Source of the DNA: a virus
Taxonomy: Duplodnaviria > Caudoviricetes
IMG/VR virus record: IMGVR_UViG_3300020045_005144
Location: 1-26,937 of that record
DNA length: 26,937 bases
Reading direction: 5' to 3' (one strand)
The notes under the pieces were generated by a model that saw only the letters and a program-made list of their open reading frames with translations, did no database searches and had not been told where the DNA came from. Positions 24,046 to 26,937 of the stretch are shown piece after piece (the stretch's first letter is position 1; each line of letters starts with the position of its first letter). Both the position numbers and the translations under genes were made by a program.

Positions 24046-25996
24046 AACAACAACATCTTGGATACTCGAATTTGTGGACGAAATCACAAAGCCTCTTAAA
24101 GGTGCTACAAAAAGCATTGTTAAGAGCACGAGTTTTATTGATAATATGACTGATTCCGTTAAGCTTAATGAAAAGGAAACCAAAGAAGCTTTAAACAACG
24201 CGAAAAACCATTATGCTGATTTAAAAAAGCAAATTTCTGATAACAAAAAAGAACTTCAAGAACTTGAAAAAGTTAAACAAAGTGATGGATGGTTAGGAGT
24301 AATGGAAGCGGGAAAAGCTTTTGATTTAGCAACTAAAAAAGCTGAACGTTTAGCAATTGCAATTCAAGGAGCTGAAAAAGACGTTGAGGATTTAACTAAA
24401 GAGTCTGACCAATTTGCTAAAAAGGCTCAAAAATGGTCCGATGTTACAACTGGAATAAATCAAGCGACTGAGTTAATGCAAAAAGGTGTTGATGGTTTAA
24501 ATTTCACCACTGACACAAGTAATTTAACAACATCAGTACAAAGAATGACTGATTTGGCTGGTGATGATTTAGAAAATTTTGTAACAAAAACACAAAGGTT
24601 AACCGCTTTATATGGTGAGGACGCTTTAGAAATTGCTAGAGCTGCAAACGCTATGACTAAACAAAATGGCGGGACGTTTGAAGATAACTTAGCATTAATA
24701 GATCAAGGTTTTCAAAAAGGAGCTAATGCCAATGGAGATTTCATTGATTCGCTAAAAGAATACCAACCATTTATTAAACAATTAGGTTTAGACCAATCTC
24801 AAGCCATTGCATTGATTGCAAAAGCAGGAAAACAAGGTATATTTTCAGATAAAGCAATTGATGGCATTAAAGAGGCCGATTTATCACTTAGAGAAATGGG
24901 CAAAGCTCAAGTTGAAGCTTTAAAAGGAATTGGAATTAAACCCGATGAGCTAGTTGGGAAAACTACATTTGAAGCAGTTCAAATGATTTCCCAAAAAATG
25001 AAAGGCGCAACTACTCAAGCTAAGCAATTAATACTTGCCGATATTTTTAAAGGTGCTGGAGAGGATGCCGGTTTAATGTGGGCTCAAGAACTTGGTAACG
25101 CTAATTTCAACTTAGCCGATTTACCATCTGTTAAAGAGTCTGCTGAAGGCATGAAAACATTTTTTTCCGAAATAAAAACTTGGGCTGGTAGTACATTCAG
25201 CAATATGGGTTCTTATGCAGAAACTCTATCTCCTATAATTATGACAATTGGGAGCGCGATTCCTATTATTAATTCTTTAAAGGCGGCTACTTGGTTTCAA
25301 ACTATTGCTCAATGGAATTTAAACGCAGCTATGGCCGCTAATCCAATTGGAGTAATAGTTATTGCAATTATTGCTTTAATAGCCTTAGTCACTGCGGTTA
25401 TTATGAAATATGATGAATGGGGAGCAGCGGTTACATTATTAATGGGGCCTTTGGGAATTGTTATTAATTTAATTCAAAGTTTTAGAAGAAACTGGGATAG
25501 TATTGTTCAAGCGTTTAAAACAGATGGAATAATTGGAGGTATAAAACGTATCGGTATTGTTATTTTGGATGCCTTATTAATGCCTATTCAACAGCTTTTA
25601 GAATTAATTGCAAAAATACCCGGTATGAAAGGTGTTGCTGGAGGTGCTGCGAACTGGATAAAAGAACAAAGGCAAAAGCTAAATTTAGTTACTGAAGAAA
25701 AAAAGGCTCCAGAGAAAAAGAGTGAAAAGAAACCGGGTGTAAATTCATTACTCCAGCAACCTCCAGATGTTTTAGGTAAAACAGTAGGAGCAACTGGAAA
25801 AGGTAAAAAAGGAGCTAAAGAAGGCGATGGATTAAATGTAGGTTCGGGTTCTGGCGGAATTAAAAATATTACAATGACTTTGAATATAGCTAATAACTTT
25901 TCAGTTTCACAAGGTATGGATGTTCGTCAGATTGCTGAAAAAATAACTGGAGAAATTAACGACCGATTGAGAGACGGTGTAATAAGTTTAGGATAA
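24035..25996 (+). CDS. Tail tape measure protein
   Basis: 653 aa helical; 'DSLKEY...FSDKAIDGIKE', 'NAAMAANPIG' plus hydrophobic segments. Confidence 0.9.
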   Translation: MGNKTTTSWILEFVDEITKPLKGATKSIVKSTSFIDNMTDSVKLNEKETKEALNNAKNHYADLKKQISDNKKELQELEKVKQSDGWLGVMEAGKAFDLATKKAERLAIAIQGAEKDVEDLTKESDQFAKKAQKWSDVTTGINQATELMQKGVDGLNFTTDTSNLTTSVQRMTDLAGDDLENFVTKTQRLTALYGEDALEIARAANAMTKQNGGTFEDNLALIDQGFQKGANANGDFIDSLKEYQPFIKQLGLDQSQAIALIAKAGKQGIFSDKAIDGIKEADLSLREMGKAQVEALKGIGIKPDELVGKTTFEAVQMISQKMKGATTQAKQLILADIFKGAGEDAGLMWAQELGNANFNLADLPSVKESAEGMKTFFSEIKTWAGSTFSNMGSYAETLSPIIMTIGSAIPIINSLKAATWFQTIAQWNLNAAMAANPIGVIVIAIIALIALVTAVIMKYDEWGAAVTLLMGPLGIVINLIQSFRRNWDSIVQAFKTDGIIGGIKRIGIVILDALLMPIQQLLELIAKIPGMKGVAGGAANWIKEQRQKLNLVTEEKKAPEKKSEKKPGVNSLLQQPPDVLGKTVGATGKGKKGAKEGDGLNVGSGSGGIKNITMTLNIANNFSVSQGMDVRQIAEKITGEINDRLRDGVISLG

Positions 25997-26640
25997 TGAC
26001 AGACCAAAGATATAATTTATCGCAACTTTTTAAGGCCGCTTTTGGTATTAATAGTCCGGTTTATGTTATTGATCCAATTGGTAAAGAAAGTAAGTCGGCT
26101 ATATCTTATGAAGGTATTCAGATTTTGCCAGATTATTACGAAGCTGAAAGCAAGAGTTGGATGGGAACTCCTATAATTTTTGCAGCAACTCTTAAAGGCG
26201 ATAGTTACCAACAGTATAATTCAACTGGAGAAATTGAAGAAGTTGGATATGAACCAGATTTTGCAGTTAGACATAAATATCTTGATAGTGCTTATAAATT
26301 AAAAGGAGTTTATGTCCCAGAAGAAAAAGATAAACCAAAAGATAAAGAAAATTCTGAACCTATTGTAAAACCTTCACTTCAAGTTGAACCATTACGGTCT
26401 TTTAAAAAGAAAGATGATAAAGGAATAGATATACCTGATGATATGCTGGACCCGATGGGAATAAGAGAACGATCACTTCCAAAATCAAAAATAAAATCTA
26501 ATGAAGATAATGATGAAATCTTTATAATTGCTGATTGTAAAAAATGCAAACGAGAGAAATCATGTAAAGAAGGTGGCGCAATAGGTGTTGTTAATGATGA
26601 TGATATTCTTGAATGCAATATGTTTGAACCTAAGAAATAG
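25996..26640 (+). CDS. Post-tape-measure tail protein N-terminus, apparently fused near 26245 to an unrelated C-terminus
   Basis: First ~83 aa ('SWMGTPI') resemble post-tape-measure genes of such phages; remainder is K/D/E/P-rich and unrelated-looking. Confidence 0.5.
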   Translation: MTDQRYNLSQLFKAAFGINSPVYVIDPIGKESKSAISYEGIQILPDYYEAESKSWMGTPIIFAATLKGDSYQQYNSTGEIEEVGYEPDFAVRHKYLDSAYKLKGVYVPEEKDKPKDKENSEPIVKPSLQVEPLRSFKKKDDKGIDIPDDMLDPMGIRERSLPKSKIKSNEDNDEIFIIADCKKCKREKSCKEGGAIGVVNDDDILECNMFEPKK

Positions 26641-26667
26641 TCATAAAACATCATAAGAGCGTTTCTA

Positions 26668-26913
26668 ATGGAAGAAGGAAAGGATTATACTACAACTATC
26701 GATATGATAAAATGGCGACATCTAGAGAACTGGAATGACCTAGGAAAGTTCAATGATCTTAAGAAGGTGGTAGTGGTGCCAGGGATTGAATATGCAGTGC
26801 AATCATTTCATACTGGTCTATACGAATACTATACTACTACTCTGAACACTTCATTACAAAAGCTTATGCCTTTCAAAAAAGAAAATAGAATATACGTGAA
26901 AAGAAAAATATGA
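26668..26913 (+). CDS. Hypothetical protein, probably not part of the Mu-like tail operon
   Basis: 81-aa ORF with ATGA overlap to a further partial ORF at 26910; no baseplate-like motifs. Confidence 0.55.
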   Translation: MEEGKDYTTTIDMIKWRHLENWNDLGKFNDLKKVVVVPGIEYAVQSFHTGLYEYYTTTLNTSLQKLMPFKKENRIYVKRKI

Positions 26914-26937
26914 AAAAAGAAAAGAAACATTACAACT

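Larger units (their letters stand above)
85..26245. mobile_element. Mu-like transposable temperate phage/prophage (contractile tail), left part; boundaries approximate
   Basis: Repressor-Ner-DDE transposase-AAA ATPase order, plus Mu-type portal/MuF/gpG/gp36-like genes, terminase, protease, capsid, sheath, tube and tape measure. Confidence 0.93.

Noticed and set aside
2144-26654. Numerous 60-113 aa ORFs antisense to or nested in long genes (e.g. 2144-2392, 14304-14645, 18153-18467, 18711-19016, 23905-24198, 26379-26654)
   Set aside because: Shadow ORFs of well-supported genes, with no motifs or expression signals
1-26937. Alternative genetic code, diversity-generating retroelement or invertase-driven tail-fibre switch
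   Set aside because: All three stops terminate genes normally; no reverse transcriptase, TR/VR pair, recombinase or tail fibre gene in the window

Overview
The window is almost entirely the left ~26 kb of a Mu-like (transposable) temperate phage with a contractile tail. The likely host is a Bacteroidota, Flavobacterium-like: the DNA is AT-rich, Shine-Dalgarno motifs are not evident, leaders are A-rich and promoters are TAnnTTTG-type. Gene order: left-end repeats; CI/S24 repressor with three palindromic operators; Ner/Cro-like gene; MuA-type DDE transposase; MuB-type ATPase; a second ATPase; a string of small early genes including an aberrant tRNA-like RNA and a 396-bp segment in inverted orientation; a Mor/C-like regulator; a leftward late operon (TerS, TerL, gp36-like, portal, MuF with a C-terminal nuclease-toxin-like domain, gpG-like, gp37-like); and a rightward late operon (Clp-type protease/scaffold, capsid, amidase, u-spanin-like lipoprotein, sheath, tube, G/GT chaperones, tape measure). 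The best candidate for an undescribed system is in the head module. The MuF-toxin frame opens exactly at an A10 run at the end of the portal gene, which predicts a -1 frameshifted ~850-aa portal-MuF-nuclease fusion. No protein immunity gene follows; the gap instead holds a promoter, a hairpin and a terminator for a ~70-nt opposite-strand RNA, a candidate RNA antitoxin. Three abrupt junctions (position ~87, 7936/8335, ~26245) could be real rearrangements or amplification/assembly chimeras. All family assignments come from motif recognition by eye, not database searches.
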